From Candidatus Saccharimonadota bacterium (GTDB lineage Bacteria > Patescibacteriota > Saccharimonadia > Saccharimonadales > Saccharimonadaceae), in contig CAJPNK010000001.1 of assembly GCA_905372095.1 (NCBI GenBank), positions 219,521 to 283,520 on the forward strand: a stretch of 64,000 nucleotides of DNA, given 5' to 3'. A program made the translations under genes and the position numbers. Position 1 is the first letter of the stretch. Each line of letters starts with the position of its first letter. Under the pieces are notes generated by a model. That model worked only from the letters and a program-made list of their open reading frames with translations, had not been told where the DNA came from and ran no database searches. Below are positions 19,377-29,113 of this stretch, in pieces.

Positions 19377-19420
19377 TTGACTTTTTATAGTACCTTGTAT
19401 AACATAGTACTATGTATAAT
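19377..19420 (+). promoter_or_regulatory. Promoter with palindromic operator (probable PadR site)
   Basis: TTGACT-N17-TAACAT overlapped by perfect palindrome ACATAGTACTATGT (19402-19415) and a 17-bp tandem near-repeat. Confidence 0.65.
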
Positions 19421-19440
19421 GAAAATACAAGGAGCATAGC

Positions 19441-20739
19441 ATGAGAAGAATCGATATTATCAAGCGGGCGGGGCGCAATCTCCGCCAGTCGAAAGGCCGG
19501 ACGATTTTGACGGCGCTGGCGATTTCGGTCGGGGCGTTTACGATTGGTCTGGCATTGATGGCTGGCGAAGGCGGTCGGTTATACACCAATAGTATGGTTG
19601 ATGCGGCTGGCGATAAAAAAGTGATTATGGTCAATAAAAAAATCGAGTCAGAGAAGAAAGAAGAACTGCCAGAGTACAATACGTCGGAAGAGACTGGCGA
19701 AGAACAGCTGGATAAACAAAAGGTAGCGCGTCGTAGCAAGTATTCAATGAGCGATGCTGATATTGCTAAACTGCGAAAAATCTCGCATGTACAAGCTGTG
19801 ACCCCAGCTTATTCAACTGCTGGTGTGGCGTACGCTAAGAGTTCGGGCAATGATAAGAAATTTGCCTTGGAAGTGGCAGTAAAGGCTGATAAAACGCGGG
19901 CAGAATTGGCGGCGGGTAAGCTGAACAATTTCATGCCAAAGCCGGGCGAAATTATCATCCCGAATGATTATGTTAAGCAACTGGGCTTCAAGGACGCGCA
20001 GTCGGCGATTGGACAGACGATTACGTTGGGTTTGCGTAGTGCGGAGCAGAGCGGCGAGGTTGCTAAGGAGATGTCGCTGAAAATTACTGCGGTTGACAAA
20101 GAGTCGGATACGATTTTGTACTATCAGCCGACGCTGCGAATCTCGACCGCTGACGCTAAGGAAATCTACGAATTTAGCCACGACAAAAGCCAGCCGAACG
20201 AGTATTCGACGGCTCTGGTGTCGGTTGATGATGAGAAAAATATTGATGCGGTGAAGGACGAAATTAGCAAAGACTACAGCGCCTATTCGATTCAGGATGT
20301 GCGCAAGACGCTGCTCACCATGGTCAACGCGGCGCAAGCGGCGCTGGCAGGATTCGGTGGCTTGGCGCTGCTGGCCAGTGTATTCGGGATTATTAACACT
20401 ATGTATATTTCAGTGTTGGAGCGTACCAGCCAAATTGGTTTAATGAAGGCGCTGGGGATGCGCGGCCGCGATATTGGCAAGTTATTCCGCTACGAAGCGG
20501 CGTGGGTTGGTTTGCTGGGCGGCTTGATTGGCGTCGGACTGGCAAGTTTGGTGACGCTGCTGAATCCAGTAATTACCAGTGCCTTAAAATTAGGCGTTGG
20601 CACGAATCTTCTAGTAATTAATCCGCTGCAAATCGGACTGTTGGTAATCGGACTGGTGGTGATGGCAATAATTTCTGGCTGGTTGCCAAGCCGCAAAGCA
20701 ACAAAGCTAGACCCAATTGAGGCATTAAGGACGGAATAG
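19441..20739 (+). CDS. MacB/FtsX family ABC permease
   Basis: RTILTALAISVG, ERTSQIGLMKALG, LDPIEALRTE. Confidence 0.92.
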   Translation: MRRIDIIKRAGRNLRQSKGRTILTALAISVGAFTIGLALMAGEGGRLYTNSMVDAAGDKKVIMVNKKIESEKKEELPEYNTSEETGEEQLDKQKVARRSKYSMSDADIAKLRKISHVQAVTPAYSTAGVAYAKSSGNDKKFALEVAVKADKTRAELAAGKLNNFMPKPGEIIIPNDYVKQLGFKDAQSAIGQTITLGLRSAEQSGEVAKEMSLKITAVDKESDTILYYQPTLRISTADAKEIYEFSHDKSQPNEYSTALVSVDDEKNIDAVKDEISKDYSAYSIQDVRKTLLTMVNAAQAALAGFGGLALLASVFGIINTMYISVLERTSQIGLMKALGMRGRDIGKLFRYEAAWVGLLGGLIGVGLASLVTLLNPVITSALKLGVGTNLLVINPLQIGLLVIGLVVMAIISGWLPSRKATKLDPIEALRTE

Positions 20740-20749
20740 GAGAAATATC

Positions 20750-21448
20750 ATGATTGAACTGAAAAATGTGACAAAAGTTTACGGTAAAAAGAAAAACCAA
20801 TTTACGGCGCTGAAAAATGTCAGCTTGACCATCCCGACGGGCGCCAGCGTGGCCATCCTCGGCAAATCCGGTTCTGGAAAATCGACGCTGATGCACGCTA
20901 TATCAGGGTTGGATAAGCCGCAGAAAGGTCAAGTGATTATCGATGGACAAGATATTTTACAACTAAAGTCAAAGCATGTCGATGAATTCCGTGCTAAAAA
21001 AATTGGCTTTATTTTCCAAAGTTTCTTCGTCCAGGGCAATGAGAGTGTGATTGACAATGTCAGTTTGCCGCTGGAAATTGCGCGGCTGCCACGGAAAAAG
21101 CGAGCGCATAAAATCAACACGGCACTCAAGGCAGTAGATCTGTACGATAAGCGCAAGAATCGCGCCAAAGACCTGTCGGGTGGGCAAAAGCAGCGCCTGG
21201 CCATTGCCCGGGCGATTGTCGGTAATCCGCAAATCATCTTTGCTGACGAGCCGACCGGCAACCTGGACAGCGAAACTGGCGCCAAAGTGGAAGAATTGCT
21301 ATTTGATTATAACAAGCAAAAGGGTGTCACGCTGATTGTGGTGACACACGATGCCGACCTGGCGAAAAAATGCGATCATCAAATTATCATCAAAGACGGT
21401 CGCGTCGAGAAATCGACCGTGCCAGAGGAGAGAAAACATGGACGTTAG
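20750..21448 (+). CDS. ABC transporter ATP-binding protein (LolD/MacB type)
   Basis: [26 protein letters not shown]. Confidence 0.95.
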   Translation: MIELKNVTKVYGKKKNQFTALKNVSLTIPTGASVAILGKSGSGKSTLMHAISGLDKPQKGQVIIDGQDILQLKSKHVDEFRAKKIGFIFQSFFVQGNESVIDNVSLPLEIARLPRKKRAHKINTALKAVDLYDKRKNRAKDLSGGQKQRLAIARAIVGNPQIIFADEPTGNLDSETGAKVEELLFDYNKQKGVTLIVVTHDADLAKKCDHQIIIKDGRVEKSTVPEERKHGR

Positions 21449-21785
21449 TGCTTACGCTGAAAGCTTGGCGATTCAGCTGCGCAAAGGATTTTTGGTCTAC
21501 TGTGTGCTGCTAGTTTGTGCTAAACAACCGCAATATACCGGCGACATTGTGAAGCAATTGAGCGAGTCGGAGCTGATGGTGGTTGAAGGAACGATTTACC
21601 CGCTACTCAGCCGCTTGCAGAAATATGGCTATCTCAAGCATGAATGGCAAGAGAGCGAGCAGGGGCCGCCACGCAAATATTATTCGCTTACCGACACTGG
21701 CGCGCAGCTGGTGGATGAACTAAAAGATCGTATTAAAATGTTGAACACTTCGCTAAAAAATCTCGAGAAAGGAGCAAAGCGATGA
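21438..21785 (+). CDS. PadR family transcriptional regulator
   Basis: QLRKG, EGTIYPLLSRL, GPPRKYYSLT; start at ATG 21438 after GAGGAG. Confidence 0.93.
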   Translation: MDVSAYAESLAIQLRKGFLVYCVLLVCAKQPQYTGDIVKQLSESELMVVEGTIYPLLSRLQKYGYLKHEWQESEQGPPRKYYSLTDTGAQLVDELKDRIKMLNTSLKNLEKGAKR

Positions 21786-23056
21786 AAGAAATAACCAGAA
21801 TCCATTTGGCAAAAACGCCGTTTAGTGTGGAAGTTGATGCCAAAAAATCATTGGAAAAATACCTGAATTTAATCCAGAAAAACATGCACGCCGAGCCAGA
21901 AGCTATGCGAGAAATCGAAGCGCGAATGGTGGAGCTTTTGGCGGAGCGCGGCGTGTCGAAGGACGGTGTGATTGGCAACGATGATGTCCTGGCGGTGCAG
22001 AAACAAATGGGCGAGCCGCGCGATTTTTCGGATGATGACGAGGCGGTTGACGAAGCGCATGACAACAATGTCAACGACAGGCCAGTCAAGCAACTAATGC
22101 GCGACACCGAGCATGGTTTGATTGGCGGGGTGTGCGCTGGCATTGCGGCTTATTTTGGTATCAATCCGTTATGGGTGCGGCTGATTGCGATTATCTCGCC
22201 ATTTATGTCTTTTGGTACGGCGGTACTGGTGTATGTTGTGCTGTGGCTATCAATTCCAGAAGCGCGAACGGCGTCGGATAAATTGCGAATGCGCGGCGAG
22301 CCGATAACTTTAGATTCGCTGAAACAGTTAACGATTGACGATAATACTAAGATACAAGCGACGAATGTGGCAGCTAAAATTTTTCGAGTTTTGTTTGGTG
22401 CGATGCTAGCTTGCGTAGCGTTTGGATTACTGGTTGCAGTGTTGGTTGGCGGCGTATTTGGTTTTAGCGTGATAGAATCTATGGGCGGCTTCGTAGCGCA
22501 GAGTTGGGCGTGGGGATTATTAATTTGTTTGATCTTTGGTGGTGTAGCGCTGTTGTCGCTGACGTTATTGGCGACATGGTGCGTGTTTGCTTGGCGAGTT
22601 CGGCGGCCAATGGCGATAGCAATGATCGCTTTGTTATTGTTTGGTGCAGTTAGCTTATCGGGCGTGGCGATTTTTAGCGCCAATACTTACTCTAACTTAT
22701 CTCGAGATTATGAAAGATTGGTAAAAGTAAAAACGATTGATTTAACGAATGTTGCGGTTGGCGCAAAATCAATAGTTTTTGATGGTCATGGCGAGTATGT
22801 GGCGGCTGAATATGGCGGTTATTCTGACAAGGTTCGGCTGGAGGTAAGATATTACGATACAAAGTATGCTAACATGCCTGAAATTAAGGTATCGCGTGTT
22901 GGCGATAGGCTAATTGTAAACGTTCAACATCAAGCTTTTGACCAGTGTAGTAAGGCTTTTGTGCCAGATTTTCGTTGTCGACATACATTCGGGCCGGAGT
23001 CAATAAAAGTTTATGGACCGACAAATTTGCTAGCGCAGGAATATGCTAACGATTAA
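21782..23056 (+). CDS. PspC domain membrane protein
   Basis: IGGVCAGIAAYFGINPLWVRL PspC motif; N-terminal EIEARMVELL domain; multiple TM. Confidence 0.88.
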   Translation: MKEITRIHLAKTPFSVEVDAKKSLEKYLNLIQKNMHAEPEAMREIEARMVELLAERGVSKDGVIGNDDVLAVQKQMGEPRDFSDDDEAVDEAHDNNVNDRPVKQLMRDTEHGLIGGVCAGIAAYFGINPLWVRLIAIISPFMSFGTAVLVYVVLWLSIPEARTASDKLRMRGEPITLDSLKQLTIDDNTKIQATNVAAKIFRVLFGAMLACVAFGLLVAVLVGGVFGFSVIESMGGFVAQSWAWGLLICLIFGGVALLSLTLLATWCVFAWRVRRPMAIAMIALLLFGAVSLSGVAIFSANTYSNLSRDYERLVKVKTIDLTNVAVGAKSIVFDGHGEYVAAEYGGYSDKVRLEVRYYDTKYANMPEIKVSRVGDRLIVNVQHQAFDQCSKAFVPDFRCRHTFGPESIKVYGPTNLLAQEYAND

Positions 23057-23072
23057 TTATTCTCGCGGCAAT

Positions 23073-23105
23073 TTTAAGCAGCTTTTCATAGTGTCGTCGT
23101 ACAGT
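23073..23105 (+). promoter_or_regulatory. Response-regulator direct repeat plus -10 (site 1)
   Basis: TTTAAG-CAGCT-TTTCAT-N10-TACAGT, ATG 7 nt downstream. Confidence 0.65.
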
Positions 23106-23112
23106 GACGCCT

Positions 23113-25824
23113 ATGAAAGCAATTACACAATCCTTAGGACTGTCGGCGGCTACTGGCGATAGTCAACAATTTCGTCCGCTTAATCCGCAAACGCTGACGA
23201 TCGATATCGTTCTTCCGGTATTGAATGAAGCGCATATTATTGAAGCGTCTATCAGTAAACTTCATAAATATTTGACAGATAATTTGCCTTATCGTTGGCA
23301 AATTATCATTGCTGATAATGGCAGTAGTGATGGTACTGATCAGATAGCGCAACAGATGACTAAGCGCTGGTCGAGGGTAAGGTTGGTACGCTTGAACGAG
23401 CGGGGGCGCGGCTTGGCTCTCAAAACAGTATGGCAGAAAAGCAAAGCGGACATTTTGGCGTATATGGATATTGATTTATCGACTAATCTAGATAGTTTTA
23501 TGCCAATAATATCGCCGCTGATTACTGGAGACGCTGGATTAGCGACTGGTTCTCGTTTGATGAAAGAATCGCGGACAAGGCGCGGTTTTAAACGCGAGAT
23601 TATCTCTCGTTGCTATAATCGAATCGTCAGGACTACTATGAAGACCAATTTTGTCGATGCGCAGTGCGGCTTCAAAGCAATTCGCCGCGACCTAGCGCAG
23701 AAGTTATTGCCGCATATTAAAAATAAAGCTTGGTTTTTTGATACTGAATTGCTGGTTAAAGCGGAATACGAAGGCTACAAAATTCATGAAGAACCGGTCA
23801 AGTGGGTAGAAGACGCTGATTCGCGAGTACGTATTGTTGAAACGGCGGCAGACGACATCAAGGGCCTATCGCGCGTTCGCAAAGAGTATGGTAAATCAAG
23901 TTTTGGCGAAATGGCAGCCTTTGGCGGTTTACTGCTTTTTACGTCTATATTTTATCTATGGAATTTGACAATCAACGGTATGGCAAATAGCTACTATGCG
24001 GCAGCAGCGCAAGCTGCTAGTACTAGTTGGCTGGCTTGGTTGTTTGGCAGTCTGGATGCTGCCAATTTTGTTAGCGTTGATAAGCCGCCGATTAGTATGA
24101 TGATTATGGGGTTGTTTGGCAGATTGTTTGGCTTCTCATCTTGGAGTATGCTGTTGCCGCATGCACTAGCGGGAATCGCGACGGTGGCGCTAGTTTATCT
24201 GGTGGTCAGACGCTGGTATGGTGCTCGTGCCGGATTGATTGCCGGGGCGGTAATGGCGTTGACGCCAGCTGCTGCGCTAATGTTTCGTTTTAATAACCCA
24301 GATAGTTTTTTGACGCTCTTTTTGACAGCTAGCGCTTACGCATTCTTGCGATCATTTGAAGGCAAACGGCCAGTGCTATGGTTGAGTATAGCTGGACTAC
24401 TTACCGGGTTTGCTTTTAATACTAAAATGTTACAAGGCTTGCTTTTGTTGCCGATAATGACAATCATTTACATTAGCTTTGTACGCCCAAAATTCACTAC
24501 CAGAATGTGGCATCTCGGCGTGGCTGGCATAGCGACAATTGTATCGACATTTTGGTGGAGTATTTTGGTGTGGCTAACACCAGCGGTAAATCGACCTTGG
24601 GTTGGCAGTACGAGCGACAATAGCATATGGAGTTTGATATTCGGTTATAACGGTTTTGGAAGGCTGTTGGGTGATGGTGGCGGCCCTGGAGGCCGGCCAG
24701 GCGGTATGATGCAAATGGGTGCGCAGGCTGCTAGTCAAACCACTTCGCCAGCAGCGCAAGCAATGACGCCGCCGATTGGTATGATGGACGGCAGTTTTGG
24801 TACGGGCGGTCGTGGCGGCGGTCCTGGCGGTGTTGGCTTTGGCGGCGATACTGGCGTGCTGCGTATATTTAATGAGAGTTTTGGGCCGAACATTGCTTGG
24901 CTAATTCCGGTAGCCTTGATTAGCGCTGGGTTAGTAATCTGGCTGTTACGCCGAGCGCCGCGACATAATAATGAGCGCATCGGTGTATTATTGTGGCTGG
25001 GTTGGCTGCTGATGCATATAGTAATTTTCAGCATGACCAGCGGCACTATTCATCCGTATTACGTTGTAGCTATGGCGCCGGCGGTAGCAGCGCTGGTCGG
25101 TATCGGGGCGCCATACATATGGCAAGCTTACACGCGCCGCACCAAAGTAGCCTGGATACTGCCGCTGAGTATCGCGCTAACGACAATTCTTAGCATTATT
25201 ATGCTCGCCTATAGCAACTATTGGCCTTGGCTGATGTGGCTAGTGATGATTGCCGGTGGTGTAGCAACTATTTTGACGCTGCTGCCGTTATCACAGACGA
25301 AACGGCTTAAGCAAATTATTCTTGGCTTAGCAATTACTGCTAGTATGGCGGCACCGATTGTCTTTAGTTTTAGCACGGTAGCTACAGCGCATAGCGGCAG
25401 TATTCCAACGGCTGGTCCAGGCGCTTCAGCGATGAGCAATACGAATAATGAGTCGGCGCGAGCTGAATCGACGCTCGTCTCGTTTTTGCTAGAAAACCGT
25501 CATGGCACGACATGGCTGGCGGCAGTTAATAGCGCTAACGAATCGGCGCCAATTCAATTATCAAGCGGCCAGCCAGTCATGGCCATCGGCGGCTTCAATG
25601 GTAGTGACTCGACGTTGACGCTATCGCAATTCAAACAGCTCGTCCATCAGGGCAAAATCCGCTACTATGTATTAAATAGTAGACATGAGAAATCTGGTGG
25701 CCCCAGCGGTATGAGTGGACCAGGTAGCAATTCCGATATTCTAACATGGGTGAAAAGTACTGGTAGTAAAGTCGATTACGGCGGTACACAATATACAGTT
25801 TATGATCTTGCGGCGGCTGCTTAA
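23113..25824 (+). CDS. Fused GT2 (polyprenol-P sugar synthase) and ArnT/PMT-type GT-C glycosyltransferase (YkcB-like)
   Basis: IVLPVLNE, ADNGSSDGT, YMDIDLST, DAQCGFK then NSYYAAAAQA, VDKPP, RFNNPD, FGYNGFGRL, IHPYY, IGGFNGSD. Confidence 0.88.
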   Translation: MKAITQSLGLSAATGDSQQFRPLNPQTLTIDIVLPVLNEAHIIEASISKLHKYLTDNLPYRWQIIIADNGSSDGTDQIAQQMTKRWSRVRLVRLNERGRGLALKTVWQKSKADILAYMDIDLSTNLDSFMPIISPLITGDAGLATGSRLMKESRTRRGFKREIISRCYNRIVRTTMKTNFVDAQCGFKAIRRDLAQKLLPHIKNKAWFFDTELLVKAEYEGYKIHEEPVKWVEDADSRVRIVETAADDIKGLSRVRKEYGKSSFGEMAAFGGLLLFTSIFYLWNLTINGMANSYYAAAAQAASTSWLAWLFGSLDAANFVSVDKPPISMMIMGLFGRLFGFSSWSMLLPHALAGIATVALVYLVVRRWYGARAGLIAGAVMALTPAAALMFRFNNPDSFLTLFLTASAYAFLRSFEGKRPVLWLSIAGLLTGFAFNTKMLQGLLLLPIMTIIYISFVRPKFTTRMWHLGVAGIATIVSTFWWSILVWLTPAVNRPWVGSTSDNSIWSLIFGYNGFGRLLGDGGGPGGRPGGMMQMGAQAASQTTSPAAQAMTPPIGMMDGSFGTGGRGGGPGGVGFGGDTGVLRIFNESFGPNIAWLIPVALISAGLVIWLLRRAPRHNNERIGVLLWLGWLLMHIVIFSMTSGTIHPYYVVAMAPAVAALVGIGAPYIWQAYTRRTKVAWILPLSIALTTILSIIMLAYSNYWPWLMWLVMIAGGVATILTLLPLSQTKRLKQIILGLAITASMAAPIVFSFSTVATAHSGSIPTAGPGASAMSNTNNESARAESTLVSFLLENRHGTTWLAAVNSANESAPIQLSSGQPVMAIGGFNGSDSTLTLSQFKQLVHQGKIRYYVLNSRHEKSGGPSGMSGPGSNSDILTWVKSTGSKVDYGGTQYTVYDLAAAA

Positions 25825-25852
25825 GGATACTTTAAGCTCAACCGCGCATACT
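25820..25852 (+). promoter_or_regulatory. Response-regulator direct repeat plus -10 (site 2)
   Basis: CTTAAG-GATAC-TTTAAG-N10-CATACT. Confidence 0.72.
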
Positions 25853-25882
25853 GTCATTACAAACCTAAGCAAAGGAGTGAAT

Positions 25883-26140
25883 ATGACCAAGAATTTGAAT
25901 TTGACAACTGATGAAGCGCTTGTTTTGCAGCAGATTAGCGAGAGTGGCGAGGAAGACCTGACAGGACTAACCGAAAGCTTGCAAATGAGCCGTCCGAAAT
26001 TGATGACACAGCTGAGTCGCCTCAAAAACAAAGGTTTAATCAAAATTAAAACGACCGCTGGCGATTGGTGGATTTCGATGAGCCGCCGCGGCAAGCAGAC
26101 GACTCACTACTTGTGGCCGGAAATGTCCTTAAATTACTAA
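25883..26140 (+). CDS. Small winged-helix (MarR-like) protein
   Basis: AAGGAG SD; LTTDEALVL...LSRLKNKGLI...ISMSRRG pattern. Confidence 0.7.
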   Translation: MTKNLNLTTDEALVLQQISESGEEDLTGLTESLQMSRPKLMTQLSRLKNKGLIKIKTTAGDWWISMSRRGKQTTHYLWPEMSLNY

Positions 26141-26173
26141 ACCATTAAACAAAAGAAAGGTTATAATAAAATT

Positions 26174-26863
26174 ATGAAGATTTTGGTTGTTGACGACGAG
26201 AAACGAATTGCCAAGTCGATCAAGCAAGGACTCGAAATGGACGGCTACGCGGTTGATATCGAGCATGATGGCGAGGATGGCTACAATGCAGCGCGGGCTG
26301 ATGATTATGATCTCATCATCCTCGACGTGATGATGCCGATCATGAATGGCTTTGAAGTCGCCAAAAAGCTGCGTGCTGACGGTAATAAAACGCCAATCTT
26401 GATGTTGACAGCCAAAGATCAGAATAAAGATATTGTGGAAGGCTTGGATAGCGGTGCCGACGACTATTTGCCGAAGCCGTTTAGCTTCGAGGTTCTCGGC
26501 GCTCGCGTTCGGGCGTTGCTGAGGCGGCCGCAGGATGTACTTGATAACATTTTGACAGTGCGTGATCTTGAACTTGATATCGCTAATCACACTGCTAAAC
26601 GGGCTGGTAAAGATATCAAACTATCTAACAAAGAATTTGCCATTCTTGAATATTTGCTGCGCAACAAAAACCAAATTCTCAGCAAGCAAAACATCATGAC
26701 GCACGTTTGGGACTTTGATGCTGATATTTTGCCGAATAATGTTGAAGTTTTTATTAACTATTTACGCAACAAAATTGATAAGCCTTTTCCAGGCGCCGAT
26801 CCGATTATCCAAACGGTACGAGGGTTTGGATATATCGTTAAGGACGAGATTAGAAAAGCATGA
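26174..26863 (+). CDS. OmpR-family response regulator
   Basis: ILVVDDE, LDVMMP, GADDYLPKPF, IQTVRGFGY. Confidence 0.96.
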   Translation: MKILVVDDEKRIAKSIKQGLEMDGYAVDIEHDGEDGYNAARADDYDLIILDVMMPIMNGFEVAKKLRADGNKTPILMLTAKDQNKDIVEGLDSGADDYLPKPFSFEVLGARVRALLRRPQDVLDNILTVRDLELDIANHTAKRAGKDIKLSNKEFAILEYLLRNKNQILSKQNIMTHVWDFDADILPNNVEVFINYLRNKIDKPFPGADPIIQTVRGFGYIVKDEIRKA

Positions 26864-27873
26864 AAAATGTTGGTCAACGTGCCGTTGTTCGCTTAGCGGG
26901 GACCTATTTGGCGATCATCATGTCTATGTCGATCGCTTTTAGTTTGATAATTTATGGGCTATCAAGCCAAGAGTTTCATCGCCGGCCGCCAAATGATCAG
27001 CAAGCAACTTCTACGATTCGTTCCGCCGAGCCAGGTACGGTTATTTCAATTCACAGCTATCTTGATACGCGTGAAGATGAAGCGATGGCGGCGATTCGCC
27101 TAAACTTGCTGTTGGCAAATTTGACGGTGTTTTTGATAGGCGGACTAATCAGCTATCTACTGGCTCAGCATACTTTGCAGCCAATTGAGGATAACATGGC
27201 GGCGCAATCGCGTTTTGTCAGCGATGCTAGCCACGAATTACGCACACCGTTGACCGCACTACTGGCAGCTAATGAGGTGGCATCAATGAATCCGAAATTG
27301 ACTCTCAAACAGGCTAAGCAAGTTATCACCGACAATGTTGATGATGTTAAACGTTTACAAAAATTAACCAACTCAATGTTAGGGTTGCTCAAAGAAGACA
27401 AGCTGGAAATTCAGAAAGGTAAGGTCGGTTTGCAATCGGTGATTGCTCGGGCGATGAACCTAGTAGTAAATCAGGCGCTGGCAAAAGATATTGCTATTGA
27501 TGATAAAACTAAAAATTTTTTGCTGCTTGGCGATCGACAAAGTTTAGAACAGCTTTTCACGATTTTGCTAGACAATGCTATTAAATATAGCAACAAAGGC
27601 GGTACCATTACTATTTCTAGCAGCAAAAAAGGTAAGCACGTCAGCGTTGCTATAGCGGACGTTGGTATTGGCATGAGCGACGAAGTAAAGTCGCAGATTT
27701 TTACGCGATTTTATAGGGCCGAAGAGTCGCGCACTACTGCTGGATACGGCTTAGGTCTGTCAATTGCCGAGCGGATTATTAGAGCGCATGGTGGACGAAT
27801 TAACGTCGATAGCGAACAGAATGTTGGTTCGACTTTTACAGTCATTCTTCCTGCATACAACAAGAAAAAATAG
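26860..27873 (+). CDS. Sensor histidine kinase with short extracellular loop
   Basis: FVSDASHELRTPL, ILLDNAIKY, GYGLGLSIA; two TM. Confidence 0.95.
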   Translation: MKNVGQRAVVRLAGTYLAIIMSMSIAFSLIIYGLSSQEFHRRPPNDQQATSTIRSAEPGTVISIHSYLDTREDEAMAAIRLNLLLANLTVFLIGGLISYLLAQHTLQPIEDNMAAQSRFVSDASHELRTPLTALLAANEVASMNPKLTLKQAKQVITDNVDDVKRLQKLTNSMLGLLKEDKLEIQKGKVGLQSVIARAMNLVVNQALAKDIAIDDKTKNFLLLGDRQSLEQLFTILLDNAIKYSNKGGTITISSSKKGKHVSVAIADVGIGMSDEVKSQIFTRFYRAEESRTTAGYGLGLSIAERIIRAHGGRINVDSEQNVGSTFTVILPAYNKKK

Positions 27874-27875
27874 TT

Positions 27876-27908
27876 TTTAAGGCGTCTTTAATAGCTTCTA
27901 GTTATATT
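27876..27908 (+). promoter_or_regulatory. Response-regulator direct repeat plus -10 (site 3)
   Basis: TTTAAG-GCGTC-TTTAAT-N10-TATATT. Confidence 0.7.
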
Positions 27909-27943
27909 TTAATCAATATTAATTAACAAAAGGAGATGAATAA

Positions 27944-28288
27944 ATGCCAACTAAAATTGAAGATGGTTTTGAAATGCCTTCTAGTGGTACGCCGTCAATA
28001 CGGCCAGTGGCGCAATGCTCGTCTATGACGCCAACTATGATTTTGGCCGTCATAGCAATTGTGTTGTTCGCTGGCGGGTTAGGTTTTGTTGGCGGCATGC
28101 AAATCAATAAATCGCCGCAGAGTAATGCAGTGAGCGGTGTGCCTAGCGGGCCAGTGCAACAACAAACCAATCCTAGTACAAATAATACCGCCACACCGCA
28201 AGGAATGCCTAGTTCATCAAACAATAATCAACAAGCAGGTCCGCAAACTAACGCAGGTACACCAAATACCAATATGAATAACAGCTAG
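27944..28288 (+). CDS. Single-TM protein with low-complexity Q/N/S/T tail
   Basis: AAGGAG SD; hydrophobic helix ending FVGGMQ. Confidence 0.7.
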   Translation: MPTKIEDGFEMPSSGTPSIRPVAQCSSMTPTMILAVIAIVLFAGGLGFVGGMQINKSPQSNAVSGVPSGPVQQQTNPSTNNTATPQGMPSSSNNNQQAGPQTNAGTPNTNMNNS

Positions 28289-29034
28289 TAGCTGATTCCA
28301 GCAGATTTCATTGCTGGCTGGATAACAAACTTTTCAAAATTATCAGCATTAGCCCAAACATAACTAGCATTAGTATCGGTGTTTGTGCCGCTAACTAGCT
28401 TACCGTTAAGGACTTTTTGGCTGCCGACATCTTTGCCGTTAATGTACATAGCTGGCGTGCCGCCAACGCTGTCCTTTTTGCCGAGCGCCATGTCGTAATC
28501 AATTTTTTTACGGATATTTGGATTTTCGAGATCAGCCTTGAATTTTTCTACATTCAAGCCTTTGATGTCGGAGGCTAACTTCACAAAGTTTTCGGTACGA
28601 GTTGACCCAGATAATTCCACCCAGCTAGCTCGATTTTCGAAAAGCGAGTTGTGCATTTCCCAGTACTTACCTTGTAGTCCAGCTGATTCGGCAGCAGCCG
28701 CCGCGGCCAGCGCGTTCGGGTGAGCGCTAGTTAGCGGATAATTGCGGAAGATAAACCCGATCTTGTCTTTGTACTTTTCAATGACTTTTTTGGTGACTGG
28801 GTAAGATGAATTGCAGCCTGGACATTGAAAATCAGCATATTCAACTAGTAGCACTTTGCTGTTGGCATTGCCATAAACATGCTCGCTAATATTGCCACTT
28901 TCGCTCGATGCTGGCTGCGCCTTCGTAGTATCGACGCTTGAAACATCAATTTGATTGCGCTGCTGTAAAAAAATCAAGCCGCCAATCAATCCTACGCACA
29001 TCGCCGCAAAAATAATCCATGCCTTTTTGGTCAT
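28285..29034 (-). CDS. DsbA-family thioredoxin-fold oxidoreductase
   Basis: EYADFQCPGC, FRNYPL, GTP cis-Pro loop; N-terminal TM. Confidence 0.9.
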   Translation of the reverse strand: MTKKAWIIFAAMCVGLIGGLIFLQQRNQIDVSSVDTTKAQPASSESGNISEHVYGNANSKVLLVEYADFQCPGCNSSYPVTKKVIEKYKDKIGFIFRNYPLTSAHPNALAAAAAAESAGLQGKYWEMHNSLFENRASWVELSGSTRTENFVKLASDIKGLNVEKFKADLENPNIRKKIDYDMALGKKDSVGGTPAMYINGKDVGSQKVLNGKLVSGTNTDTNASYVWANADNFEKFVIQPAMKSAGISY

Positions 29035-29113
29035 ATTTCCTCCGCTTATTACTGGAGGTTATTATACTGCTTATGAGCTCGCCAATCAAGCGGGCTTGCG
29101 GTACAATATGTGT

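Noticed and set aside
29039..29058. CCTCC...GGAGG hairpin that could hide the dsbA SD
   Set aside because: The anti-SD arm lies between TATAAT and the expected +1, so it is probably not transcribed
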